A DNA stretch of 64,000 bases from the human T2T-CHM13v2.0 reference genome, Homo sapiens (GCF_009914755.1 NC_060929.1), one strand, 5' to 3'. Shown: positions 40,987 through 54,840, numbered from the stretch's first letter. Notes: generated from the sequence alone by a model not told the origin. Numbers and translations are program-made.

Positions 40987-41364
40987 ATAGCTGCGAATTG
41001 TTAGGCATTGATCACTAATGTGAGTTTCCAGGTTTCCCTCTCTGTTGGGCCCAAGTACTGTGATAAACTAATTCACACTGAGTTGTCTGAGATTTATTCT
41101 TCTCCCAAAAATATATGCATTTTAAAAAGAAAGTCTTTTAGATCTTGATTATGAGTAAATCCCTGTGATGGAAGGTTACCCTTTCTGGCATCTGGTAACA
41201 TTTGTTCTTCTCTAGCTACCTATTTGCCCTAGAAGGTAGAGATTAAGCATTGTAATTTTTACCTCCCTTTGCTGATTGCAAAGATTCAATGAAATAATAC
41301 AAGTAAAATGTCTAGCATAGGATAGGTGTTTGATAAATGTAGATCAGTCTTATCACATACATAG

Positions 41365-41415
41365 TCTCTCTCTCCCCCCCCCCCCTCACTCTCTCTCTCT
41401 CTCTTTCTCTCTCTC
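41365..41415. repeat. (CT)n with an internal C run
   Basis: Visible directly. Confidence 0.85.
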
Positions 41416-42041
41416 GCCTTTCTGGACATTAGGCATGTGATCATATTTCAGGAATCTTCTTTCTTCGAAGTACCCTGTCCTGTGTTTATCTTCACTGTAA
41501 TCAACAATGGACTCTTCTTCAGAGCTTTTTAATTCCTTTTCCCAGATGATAGACTGTCCAGATGTGAAACACTATCCAGCGGGTTTTGCTGTATTTACCT
41601 TCTGTCCATGTGGCTTTGTACCTTCCCAACTGTATACCTGACACCCTTTCTTTCTCCAGGCTGTGTTTCCTCATTGTAAAAATGAGGGCACTCGTGGCCT
41701 CTCAGGTCTCTTCTGGGTCTCACACGATTCTCTTTTCAAACCACTACTGTGGTCGTGTAGGTCTGCCAGCACTGAGCTTCTGCATGAGCATCCTGATTGG
41801 CCTTATCATGGACATGCTTCTGATGCATTCTACATTTTCTGGTCAACCCTCATTCCCTTCCAAGTAGTTTATGACTCACAAATGTTTTAAGATAGTTCTT
41901 TTCCACCTGCGTTTCTCATAAAATTCACAGGGTTCTGTAGCTCTTGAACAATTGCTCCAAATTTAACTTTTTTTTTTTTTTTTTTTTTTTTGCCAGGAGG
42001 ATTAATAGAAGTTTAAGTTTGCATTTGCCAATAAACTATAG

Positions 42042-42327
<286 letters not shown>

Positions 42328-42854
42328 ATATGTTTTTTCTCTGTTGGAGGAGATATCACATACTGATTGGTTGTTGAGTATTCATTAAGTAATATTAGCA
42401 AATATTATATCTTAGTTCACTAGCTAGGGTTTTTTTTTTTTTTTTCATGAGCTAATTAAGTGCACACTTCACACACTGGTGATTGCTACCAAGGCAGCCC
42501 TGGTAGAACTAAATAATGGTGGAAGGATACAAGATGTCCCACACATCAGGAAGAGCACCACTGACACTGTGTCCTTCATGTAGTCATTTTCAATTATTTC
42601 CAATGGGCAGAGGGAAAGGAGGTTAAATTTTATATATAAATATAATGATAAAAGACCTCAGAAAGCCTGGATTTTTAAGTTGTTCAAATAGCTGGTTACT
42701 TTTAGAAGTTATTGAAGGGCTGGAATCACTGGGGCAGTCATGTTTAATGTCAGTATTTAAACTCTTTCACTCTGTTAATACTTTTAAATATCCCTCATAG
42801 AAAATTTTCATGTTTGAATATTGTGTCCACTAAATAAAAACCAGATGCTTTGTA

Positions 42855-43095
42855 TTTAAAAATATCTGAGTTTTAATTCTCACCACTTGTCAACTTTATA
42901 ACTTTGGATCAAATAATTAACCACTTTTAGCTACAGTTTCTTCTTCCATGAAAAGAAAAGAATAGCATCCTAATTGACTAATGAGATTATTACAAATTCA
43001 CCATTCACTAATAGGATTATTGTGAAGATAAAATTATGTAAAGTGCTGAGCACAATAACAAGACATAGGGAGTTCTCAATAAATAGTATCTACTA
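42855..43095 (+). mobile_element. MIR
   Basis: ccacttgtcaacttt..cagtttcttcttccatgaaa..tgtaaagtgctgagcaca..ctcaataaatagt. Confidence 0.6.
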
Positions 43096-43139
43096 TTAGA
43101 ATTTCAGCAAGTTTCTGGTTTGGAAGAGTTAACCGTTAC

Positions 43140-43283
43140 TATATATATTATATATATTATATATAATATATATAACACTATATATTATATATAATATATA
43201 TAACACTATATATATTATATATAATATATATAGTGTTATATATATTATATATAATATATATAACACTATATATATTACATATA
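43140..43283. repeat. AT-rich minisatellite (28-30-bp unit) forming perfect palindromes
   Basis: aacact units at 43174, 43202 and 43262; inverted unit agtgtt at 43232. Confidence 0.92.
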
Positions 43284-43529
43284 CGTAAAACACTTTAAAA
43301 GTTCTTGATAGGCCTGTAGATTTTGCCATTTTTCTCTCTGGGTCAGTATGTTTTTGTCATATGTATATTAACTGTCTAGCAATATGCCTAAATATTTTCC
43401 ATTCTAATGTCTTTTGCATGTCAGAATTTTCAATCCATTTTTCTTTTTGGGTGGAAGGTTTACTCTGTCACACACACATTCACACACTCTAACTAAACTT
43501 TGCTGTCTGTACACAGCAGGCTTCCTCCC

Positions 43530-43850
43530 CCATTCATTTATCATACAGATATTCAATGAGCATCTGCTACTGTATGCCCTGGCATGCTGATCTGTGTGTG
43601 CCCTGGAGCACACTCTAGAATTCAGAAGGAAACAAGCACATCCCTTGCAGTCTAGTGTGGAAAGCAGACATTAAGCCAATAAACCTAGAAACCCACCCGT
43701 GTTTACACATTATGGTGCTGTGAAAGCAACGGGCAGGAGGAGGTTGGGACTAGCCTGAAAGTAGAAAGATGCGTGGCTGGCAAAGGGAAGATCACACACA
43801 AAACACTGAGGTATAGAAAAGGGCTGGCAGGGCAGGAGCTGAAGTGAGGT
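43530..43850 (-). mobile_element. L2 3' fragment
   Basis: cattcatttatcatacagatattcaatgagcatctgctactgtatgcc..cagtctagtgtgg..cagaca. Confidence 0.6.
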
Positions 43851-43958
43851 GATTTTTTGTTTGTTTGTTTTAATTTTCATTTCCTAGCTTGTGCAGTAGA
43901 GCACACATTCCTGCAGGTCAAGAGTGTCTTTCATGTCTTTTGCATCCCTCGCAGGGAG

Positions 43959-44545
43959 TGTCCTGGTTATTAAGGTGTTGTCTCTCAGCTCCAAACACAC
44001 CCCTTTATACTCTATTTGTGATGCCAGGACGGGGATTTGGGTTAACCACACAGGCTAACTACACTTTTCCTTTGCCCAGCTGGCTTTCTGTTAGGCTCTG
44101 TCAATAGAGGGTGCTAGAGGGAGACACTAAAACATGGGAAGAATTCCTTGCTTGCCCCTTGCTCCTATCAGCGGCAGCCCAGCTTTTGTTTACTCCAAAA
44201 GCAGTTGGTTTCAGCTTCCCTTTTTTCCCCTCTATAATCCCCTGAGCCAGGCTGCTTCAGAAACATCAGCACCAGCAGGCCACATGCCCTCCTCAGATGT
44301 CTGGGTCCAACCTCCACACAATGCCTCCTCTAAGCTTTTAGGTTCTAATAACTGCATCTTCTTTTACTTGTCTCCTCAGACTTAAGGATGGTAGCCACCT
44401 CCTGCAGCCACTATCTTTGTCTCTTCACTGTTACCTGTTTGCATTTTCACTTCTCCCATGTCTGTCTAACCAATACTTATGTTAAATTCTTCCCGTTCAG
44501 GTAACTGGTGAGGTGCCTGTGTTCCTGACTGACTCTGATGGATGC
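43959..44545 (-). mobile_element. ERVL solo LTR (LTR41-like)
   Basis: tgtcctggttatt..ctctcagctccaaa..tcctttgcccagctgg..tgtcaatagagggtgctagaggg..aaattcttcccgttc..cctgactg. Confidence 0.65.
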
Positions 44546-45689
44546 GTGGCTAGTTTAACTGTCTGTTCTTGCCCGTACTAACCATCTCTCAATAGAAGCC
44601 CCCACTGGGCCCCTCCAAGACCAACTGCTCATGAGTAAAAACGGTCAACTGCAAGCAAGAAATGATGATTGTCAAGCTTGAAGACAAACTTTTTTCAGAA
44701 GCTCTCATAGCCTGCCTATTCCCAATCTCCACTATGCAATATCGTTTTCAAGGTTAGCAGAATTATAAAAACATCAATTTGGCCATTATTGACTTTTCAA
44801 CTGGGATACCAAGAAAGCCTTTCAGCAGCCTCGATAAATTAAATCTGGCCACCTAGCTCCCAGACTGGCAGGCTCCTACATCATTGACAGAGAAGACAGG
44901 GGAAAGCAGTTTTCCCAGCTGTTGCAGTAAATGATGTGCATTGTGCTCACAACCATTAGCAGGCGGAAAATTTGAAGTGTGGGTACATTGCAGAGCTTTT
45001 AAAAATGCATAAGCACTTTGTGAGTTTGCTAAGTCATGTTTCACTCAGCTCGGTTTGAATTTTTCATAGAGGAGAAATATTCTGTAGTCTTTTCTGTTTA
45101 AGTTCTTCTTTATCAGTAAGAACTGCCACAGTGAGGTCTATAGTGGAAGGGGGCCAAGTCTAATCATACAATTTGCTTGATTAGTCCTCAGTTTTTCTAA
45201 GTTGTAAAATGCTTGAAGATTTAGGGCTTTAAGGACTTAATATAACTTAGTTTCCTGCCTCTCCCTGTTTAATCCAAAATGCAAATTCTTTCCCGTTCTG
45301 GATTTAAGTTTATTTGATGTGTTTTCAAGTCAATCTTTATCCTGAAGGGCTTATCCATTTGTGAAATTTTAAGCACTGCACTATAAAGACTCCTTTTTTT
45401 CCAAAAACATCCTCTGTTCACACACCATGTCCCAGACACAGTATGCGCTTGTGGTCACTCACTCACCATTCCTGTGCTGAGGCAGACATTACTAACTACT
45501 GAATACACATTTTCCTGAGGCATCCAGCTGTAACATCGGTGTCATTACTAATGTGATATTCCAGCTAGATCTAAGTATTAGCTGTGTAGTGTATTGATGG
45601 AAACATTATAATTATATAGCAAGCCCCTGATTTGTTTCCCTTATATGGAATAGCGTCAGCATTGTAGTAAAACAAAGATGTGTAATTGA

Positions 45690-45900
45690 ATGGAATACTT
45701 AGTGTGCCGCAAATTATGAAACATCCTTTACATTAGCTATCTCATTTAATTTTCTTCAAAGCCCTGTGAAGAGAATGCTGTTAAGAGCCTTATTCTTCAG
45801 ATGAGTAAACTGAGGCTCAGAGAGTTGAAGTAATTTATGTAAGGTCTCATAGGTGACAAATTGTGAAGTCTGACTCTGGCGCCTGAGACCTGCACTGCCA
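45690..45900 (-). mobile_element. MIR
   Basis: atctcatttaat..cagatgagtaaactgaggctcagagagttgaagtaatt. Confidence 0.75.
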
Positions 45901-47049
45901 TGTTATCAACTTGATACAATTCAACATATGTGTTCAGCTCATTCATTGATTATTCATCAAACATTTATCAAGCCACTCTTATGCAGCAGGCACCAAAAAT
46001 CATATAATATTCAACAAATTCAGCAATGACTTATTAAAAAACAAGGTAGAGCTATTAGGCTCTCTGACCAGCAACTAGATAATAACTCCCCAAACAGGCA
46101 ATAGATTTCCTGCTTTTTTAATATCAATAAATCAGACTTTTCTTGGAATGAAATGGTTTTCTTCCCACATCTGGCTAATCAATTGTAACCTATTTTCTCC
46201 CCAAATGGAGAGAATTATTCCAGCCAGTATTGAAACTTCAGCAAATTGGAAGCAAAATACATTGCAACTTGAAGTACTAAGGTATTTATGAGATCGTTAT
46301 TTGGTATAATTGGGGGGATTCTAGAATACTTTGTGTTACAGAACTGACCTTTCATAGATCTTTCCACACTTCCCAAGACTTGTAAGCATATCACAGTGGG
46401 ACTGCAAGGTCAAAGGGGTCTGGAGCTTACATGTGTCATTTCTGTGTTCTGATTTAAAACCTCTTTGCTTGTAATTAGGTTCTTGGGAAGAGGGTAGTCA
46501 GGCAGACAGTGCTCCTAGAAAAGATATGGGGTGGTTATCTTCTCACATTTGATTATTTTTCAAACTTCACAACAACCCTTCATGTAGGACTACAGTTGGG
46601 CTGTAGTACTATTAATCCTATAATATTGGATCAGCTGGATGGGGCCCTTCTGATCCTATCTTTCTTTTTTGGTTTAATATAATACATAGACTTCAGAAGC
46701 CATCTCATAAATTATCTTGCCAAAATAAATGGCAAGTAAAACAGTCAAATGTTCTCATAAAATCTGGAAACATGGTAGTATGACAACCTCCACTAGAATT
46801 AAGTTGTTCAATTCCCCTTTGATAGTGATAGTGCCCAGAATAAGTGGAAAGCAATACTTCTGTTTGGTAGCAGGAGGATCCCAGATGACATTTAAATACA
46901 TGATCATCCCAGCAGTTCAGGGAGGAAATAACTGCACCATTGCCAGGTTCCTGGCTTGGCACATAGTGAGGGCTTCATGCAACTTTCCACATGAATATAC
47001 AGAAATTTTTCACATGATGGTGTTTGTGTTGTTAAAATAACTTTTGGAA

Positions 47050-47372
47050 GACTGAGTGCAGTGGCTCACACCTATAATCCCAGCACTTTGGGAGGCCAAG
47101 GCGGGCAGATCACTTGAGGTCAGGAGTTCAAGACAAGCCTGGCTATGGTGAAACCGCCTCTCTACTGAACATACCAAAAAATTAGCCGGACGTGGTGGCA
47201 GGTATCTGTAGTCCCTGCTACTCAAGAGGCTGAGGCAGGAGAATCACTTGAACCTAGGAGGTGGAGGTTGCAGTGAACTGAGATCGTAGCACCACTGCAC
47301 TCCAGCCTGGGCGATAGAGCAAGACTCTGTCTCAAAAAACAAACAAACAACAACAAAAAACCCCAAACAAAC
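47050..47372 (+). mobile_element. AluSx/Sz-like with a (CAAA)n-degenerate tail
   Basis: Both arms present; TSD-like aacttttggaa / cacttttgtagaa. Confidence 0.93.
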
Positions 47373-49049
47373 ACTTTTGTAGAAGACTCAAGTTTCCTTC
47401 TGGGTCCATTGAATGAAATGAGCTTACCATAGGGAAGGTGACTGACTCTTGGACAAAAAGACAGCAATTGCTTCTCTACTTGTTCAGCAGGGTTTATGGC
47501 CAAAATATTTTGTAATCTTGCTTTAAGGTAATAGGTGTATCCCAGCATATATTTCTTCTCTTCTTCCTTTTTGTATTTCCCCTCTTCCTGTTCTTTTTGT
47601 AAAAGCTAAATTCAATTTCTACACTTTTCCAAAAAGGTTTAAAACCAGATTGTCTCTGGTTTGATGTGATTACTTTTCTTCAGCGCAATTCATTGGAACC
47701 ATTTCTCAGTTAAGTCATTTTGGTATAGGGGTTGCCGAGTTTGGGGAAGCAGAAGCATATTCTGCCTAGTAAAGGTAAAAAATGATCCCCTCAAAATGTA
47801 TGCTGGCAGACAGAAAGCATTTTCTATTACTGATATTTTCAGTCACCAGCTGGTATATGCTGAACAGTTTCTGTATTGCATGGAAAATGTATAATAGCAT
47901 GACATAACTAGAACAATACAGCTGTTGTGATTCCTTTTTGGCTAATTGGATTGTTGCATTTAATTTAATGGCTCTATAAATACGATGATTACTCAGTCAC
48001 ATTTTAGAAAATGACTTGAAAGAGTGGGTATAATTTAGGGATACTTCTGGAGTTGTGATTTATAGAAACTTTTGTTTTACTTTCTCTTAAAAAATTATAT
48101 GGAGATAAGTTGGTATGTATGTTTAAATCATTTAATATGTAAAGAACAGACTTTATACAAGAAGATAGGATGTAATTTTCCTAATAGTTTTCATTCTAAG
48201 TTTTCTCTACTTTGACTATATTAGAAATGGCAATAAGGTAACATCCTGTATAATGTGACCTATTATTCATGAGAATAAGATATAGTGTAAATCAAAATGG
48301 GGTCTCCTTTAAAACTGTATAAAGGTACTACATTATCCTTGTCCTCAATATCATAAAGGAATTTGTTCTCTTTACTTTTATGGATTAAGTACAAAGAATT
48401 GTAGAAGTGCCCAGCATGTAATACATGATCGGTAAATAGTATTAAGTTTATGACTCCAGGAAGACTGTGGCTGTTCAGAGGGTGGAAGTGGAGGGCAGTG
48501 ATTTATTTTTAGGAAGTTGCTTTGTGCCATGATTGTGGACTTTTTCTTCCTGGTTCACGGAGCCACTGTGCATCTGCAACATTGCTCTGCCTTCAAATTG
48601 CTAAATGCAGCATTATGAGTCAAGACTCAGAGGAAAGGGAGAAGAGGAACTCATATTGGCTTAAAAAATGACACAGAATATAGTTTATCATATAAATGAA
48701 AAGCTCACTGGCAAGACTAGCTTCAGGTGTGGCTAGATCCAGGTACTTATAAGTTATAATATGGTCTTTTATTGAATTTCTACATTGTTCCTTGGCATAT
48801 TTGCTGGTATTACAACAACGGATACTTCACTATGCTCATACTAAGGAGCTCATGGCCTAGTAGCTAATATGATATATAACAAAATGTAACATGTGCAATA
48901 ATAGAGGTATTTACAAAGTAGAACTATAATTCAGAGAGGAGAAAAAAGCAAACACTTCTGAGGAGAGGTTAACAAGAAATTCAGAGAAGTTATAACTTGA
49001 AAATTGTTTTGAAGTAGAAGCAACGATTTTACTAACAAGGATACTGAAT

Positions 49050-49265
49050 AAAATGGTTAATTGGCATGGTTATGGCCCTTGCAAGATCTGTATTCAAATC
49101 TCAGCTCTGCCACTTTCAAATTGTACAAACTCTGGCAAGTTTCTCAAACTCTTAGGGTCTTAGTTTCCTTGTATGGAGACTGAAATTGGAACTACTGAAT
49201 TAACAGAGTTTTTGTTAAGAACCAAGGAGCTGAGGGGTACCCAGTTAGGGACAGGCACAGAGTCA
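49050..49265 (+). mobile_element. MIR
   Basis: ttcaaatctcagctctgccactt..ggcaagtttctcaaactctt..tcttagtttcctt. Confidence 0.65.
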
Positions 49266-49414
49266 GTCCCCTTTCCCTGGTTACTGTCATTCTGCTTTCA
49301 TAGTCTCCTCCTGTTGTACCTGACTGTTGTCACTTGGAGCTTTCCATCAGCTATGGAAAATTGGCCAGCTTTTATTGAAAGCTGACTGTGAGAGAGATAC
49401 TGCATTAAGAATTT

Positions 49415-49590
49415 TGACTTATCTAACTCCTTCCTATAACTCCAGATAGTAGGAAAATTATTACCCTTATACCACAGATGAGGAAACTGACTGAAAATCT
49501 AAGGGATGTGCCAAGGTGACAAGCTTAATAAATGATGTTAGCTGGGTATTTCTGACTCCCGTGCTCATGGGCTTAAGCATTATACTATAT
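49415..49590 (-). mobile_element. MIR
   Basis: acagatgaggaaactga..gccaaggtgac..ctgactcc. Confidence 0.65.
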
Positions 49591-49782
49591 TTCCTCTTAT
49601 ATAGCATGCCATCATTAATTTCCTCCCCTCGTGGACTTGGCTTTTGGGTGCACCTGTTGCAGCCCACCCTGGGTGCCACCCCACTTTTTCTAAAAGCATG
49701 GTTCTGCGATGCTTCTCTTATGTGTGTTTCTGTGTATGTCCAAGTGCTATACTGCTACTCCAACTGACCTGGCTGGCATTAA

Positions 49783-50265
<483 letters not shown>

Positions 50266-51850
50266 GGGAGGGCTGGGGGCGGGAAAAGAAAAAAAAAAGT
50301 CATTTTGAAATTAACCTCCTAAAAGGAATTCATATTTTAAAGGAAAAAAATACAACTAATGATGCACATTTCTTAGAACACAATAGTCCATTGATATACT
50401 ACTGCCTACTTTACCTAGTTCACCTTAACATGTAAATCCACAGGGTAGATTTCTTTCTAGATGTGGAAGTACAAGAAAATCTTTTTTAGTTATTTGTTTG
50501 TTTACTTCGTCCCATGTGCTAACTATCTTATATATAATGAGAGCCAGCTACGTAAAAGTAGCTGAGAGGCCTTGGGAGTCATTTATCCCAAACTGGGTTT
50601 TTTCTCTCATCCTTCTACCTCCCTCCTTTGAATGAGGGTATGGTAGAAAAAGATCTGGCCCAATGGCATAAGTTTGGAATTTTTAATTTTGGTTTTTCCT
50701 TTTGTTTATGGGGTTGGGGGGAATGGCAGATTTATATGACTTTTCACTCAAATCTATATGTGCCAGTTTATATTGACTCCGTATGCATGAGTATTTGTGC
50801 AACACAAGCACAACTAAGTATGTATATACACATGACGCACACGATGCCAGGGCCTAGACCTCCCAAGGGCTGTGCTCCTGCTCCCAGCAGCCCTCTCTTA
50901 GAATATTTCAGATGGATGAGCTTCTGACTCTTTCTTAAAATTCTTTTGGGAAGATTTCCCAGCCTTTCTTCACAACACTTTCTAACATCAAATGACTCTC
51001 ATCATCAACAAATTGTATTCCTTATTGTGAAATTAATACCCTCAGGCTCCATTTTACTGCTTTGCTCTTTGTCTGCATTAAGAGAGGATGAGGAGAGCTG
51101 GTCAAACATTCCTTGTGTTAAAAAAATCAAACATTCATATCCACAAAATTTTCTGCTAAATGACTCCACACTCAGCCTTCTCTACCCTGAATTGAATTAT
51201 CACCCTTTTCTCCATGTTTTCAGAGTTCTTACTGCCCACAGTTTAATGGTGTGGCCTTTCCACATAATCCACATTAAGTTCTGTGTTCCTGTGTTGTTGT
51301 GGAACTAAGGACAACACACAGTACTTGAATAAGGGTCCGGCCTTTTGTTTGTTTTAGAGAAAGTTGTATTCCACACACAACCTAATAATTTCTTATAAAA
51401 ATTTTAAACTACAAAGCTACATTTTTACTTGCTTGTAGCCGTTTTTGTTTGCCTTTGGGATTCGGGCTTTGGCTGTGCCCATGCTAGGATTTAGCTGTGT
51501 CATTTTTATGATGTCTGTAACAACCCAACAAGGTAACTGAAGCTCCAGAGTTAAGGTTTCAGATTTCTAAATGAAACTATCTTTTTCAATTACATCCTGA
51601 CTTGTATAGACACAGCCAGAAAGAAACTGTTAATAGCCATCCGTCCATGTAACTCTGTATTTTACTAAGATACCAATAGCTCTTTCATAGACTTGTGCTA
51701 CAAGAAGGTTAAAAGACCAGTTTTATTTTCAGCATTCCTCATGCATTTCAGTGGTAACCAAAAAATAATTTGTCAATTAATAGTTGTGTGCCAAGCACTC
51801 CTAATTTGTTTTATTGCGTGTGTGTGCATGTGTGTATGTGTATCACAGGT

Positions 51851-51856
51851 AATAAA
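51851..51856 (+). terminator. Candidate proximal poly(A) signal AATAAA
   Basis: aataaa preceded by TGTA motifs (tgtgtatgtgtatc); U-rich sequence at ~51896-51910. Confidence 0.5.
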
Positions 51857-53501
51857 GGCAATTGGATGATATCTGTAGGAGGAAAACAATGACTAATTTC
51901 TTCCTTTTGAAATCTTTCATTGATGCACATTTATTATGTAAGATGTTCTGTCTTGATTTCTGTTCTTAGTGATGATTAGTATATGAATATCTTTCTGAAT
52001 TTTTGTAATTCTCGCCTTCACACTAGGATGACAGACTCAGCTAATGTTTCCTTGTCCTGAAGGTTTGAATGGAGTTGAAAGTTTTACATAAGTGAAAAAG
52101 AAAGTTTATCTTGGGAGTTGAGTTGTCAAGAGAATTATAATTTATGAATTTAAGTGGTATTCTTTTCTGTATTAATATATTAGCAGATATTTGATCTTAA
52201 CTACAACATAGCTTTGTTTGTAAACTTACCAGTATGTCTTCATTCTTTTCAATGTTTCTTGATAGCACATGGCAATACCATCATCCTAATAACAGAAGAT
52301 CTTGCAAAGAATCACAGAGCTTAATGGGTCAAGAAGTTGAATTTGGGGAAAATATCCTGAAACTCACTTTGGTCAAATGATTATTGTGTTGTCACTGGAA
52401 GTACTGTCAAAGACTTTGGGGGTCTAACTAAAATGGCCAAAGTTCCAACTTCCTTAAATTTCAGACCTGACTGTAATGGCCTCAAGATAGAGAGATACCC
52501 TTGTAAGAGTAAAGAATTAAGATGATAGTCAACCCAATATTTCTACTACATTCTTTAAACAGGAAATTAAACACTGCAAAAGGAGTGTTCGTGGCAGTGT
52601 TCCTCTGACCCCTGACCTGTCATGAGTTTTCTCTGCTCTGACATTCCTTATACATCCAGTGAACAAAGCTGGAATAGAAAACCTGTTTAAAACCATCACA
52701 ACAGCAATATTTTTATTCTGGGCCACCTCTCGACTGGCACTCATCCCATGGTAAAATATTCAAGTAACTAAGACAACAGCATGGCATTTATTTGTGTGAG
52801 TGTTTATATAGAAATGAACATAGACCTGGCCAGTAAAAGGCTGTGAGGAGGCTTAAAGTACCTAGTTTGAGTGGAGTTATCAAGTGAGGTCCAGGTAGCC
52901 TGCAACACTGGAAATGAGTTCTGGGTAAGTGAGTTATAAGAGTACATGCTCTAGTAACTCTGGTAGTCACTGTGACTCGGGCATGTTTCCCTGAAGTTAA
53001 AATAGTTTTTAGAACTTTTTGTTTAATTCTGAAGAAAACAATATATATGGTTTACTTCTCGAACATTGGTTATGACAAGGGCCATAAATTGCTAATATAA
53101 AGAAGTTAGTAGTATCGAGTGGATACAATGAATGGGGAATCACATGTGTAGAGCCCCAACTTAGATTGCCTTCTGGGAAATCCCGCGATACTAAAATCCA
53201 GTGAGCTTTGGGAGATCATTCCCTAAAGGTATGTGGGTTGTCTGAAGTCAGAAACATATTTACAAAGTCCTTCTACCCACTATCAAAAATGAACTGATCT
53301 GCATTCAGCAGGAAAAGGGGAAGACAGGAATGTAAAACTACTAGATCATATGGTATTGTGATTTTCTTTCCCCTGCTAGGAAAAAATTGCACTGAAATGC
53401 TGACAAAAAATAATGAAATGAAGTGGCTTCCAAAATATGCACTGATGTTATCCTTTGTATTTATAGGCACAGTTATCTTACTGAAAATGCATGCATGGTG
53501 A

Positions 53502-53512
53502 ATTAAAATAAA
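53502..53512 (+). terminator. Candidate middle poly(A) signal (overlapping ATTAAA and AATAAA)
   Basis: attaaaataaa with CA at ~53528 and a U-rich downstream element ttccctttgctctttattcctttatagttgt. Confidence 0.65.
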
Positions 53513-54624
53513 AGGGGGAACAATGCACAAATAATAAGCGTTCCCTTTGCTCTTTATTCCTTTATAGTTGTATCTATTCCAACCAATTCATTTTGGGGGA
53601 ACACATTTATTAAGGGGTGTTGACATGGAATTTTTCTCTTTTCAATTAGCCTTGTTAGATTCAGAGGAATCTTTATCCATAGGCACAGGTGTGTTGCTTG
53701 TTCTGGGCCCCATTACTGCCTGCGCTTCTGGATTACTTTTGCTTTCCTGGGCTTTAGATTCTTCTCTGAGGATCCTTTGTTGGTGTCAGACAAAACATGT
53801 TACAATGAGACAAAAGGAAGGCATGTATGGTGTTTTGTAAAATTACTTGACACCAGCTCCCACAATGGGAACCAAATTTTGATTCTTATACATTTTCCTT
53901 TGCTACAATTACAACCTTCAACTTTGTATCTACTATAGTGTAGATCTGTGAATTTGAGTGCTGGTATTTTCTGCCACTATATACCATGCCATGGAATTTG
54001 ACTAGCCTTGGTCTTCTAGATGATCTTTACTAGAATTAATAATACTCTTTCTGTGAACTTTTAGGAAGAATTCTTTGTCACCTCCACCTGACATACCAAT
54101 TTTCAAAAGAAAAACGAAGGGAGTTTATTTTTCCTTATGGTGACTCTGTGGCAGATAAATGTTTTTGCCAATTTGCATGCTGGTTTATAGGTTTAGCATG
54201 GGCCATTTCTCTCTTTAATGTCTTGGTATTGTTGGTGTCTTGCAATCTTGATGCCCCACAGTTTCAATTTATTTATTTTCTTTTATATTGTCAAAATAGC
54301 ACACTAGAGAAAGAACCAGAGTGAACATTCTGTATCCTGAGTTACAATGGAGTTACATGTCATTTGTATAGAACTGTATAATGATTAATATCTGCAGAGA
54401 AATTAGACCAAATGAAACCTGCTGGAATAGGTTTGATTTATATTGCCTTCATCATTCTGGTTTCAGACGAAATGGTTATTGCTCTCTACCCCTGCTGAAA
54501 GAATAGAGTCTTAAACTTTAATAATCACAGCCTTGTGATGCAAACACAGAGCTTATTTGTTTGAAATGCCTATTATTCTCATCTTGCTGTATACGTTGGA
54601 ATGGAGATTCTTTTTCCAGTGATC

Positions 54625-54840
54625 TCCATTGCAAACTTTTTAATAGTGTTTTTTAATACTCAGTATGCACAAAAATCATGTGTAGCACTTGTAAAAATGC
54701 AGATTCCTTCAACCTAACTTCAAAGAGTCTGATTCAGAAACTTGAAGCAGGGCAAAGAAATTTGTATTTTGAGCTAGTCTCCTTAATAATTTTGATGAGG
54801 ATTGTCTATAGACCTTACTTTGAAAAATTCTGCTGTTTAG
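54625..54840. mobile_element. MER5-family MITE in the 3'UTR
   Basis: cttgtaaaaatgcagattcc..tctgattcag..aagaaatttgtatttt..actttgaaaaa. Confidence 0.6.

Noticed and set aside
40781-41018. Poly-Ser and Pro/Leu ORFs
   Set aside because: Translation of the TCC/TTC microsatellite.
43852-43922. Good acceptor (tttcatttcctAG) suggesting a small exon
   Set aside because: The only nearby donor is weak (CAG|GTCAAG); no further support.
46586-46657. Two adjacent short hairpins resembling an H/ACA or other small RNA
   Set aside because: Stems of only ~7 bp, no H box or ACA at the expected positions, overall too short.
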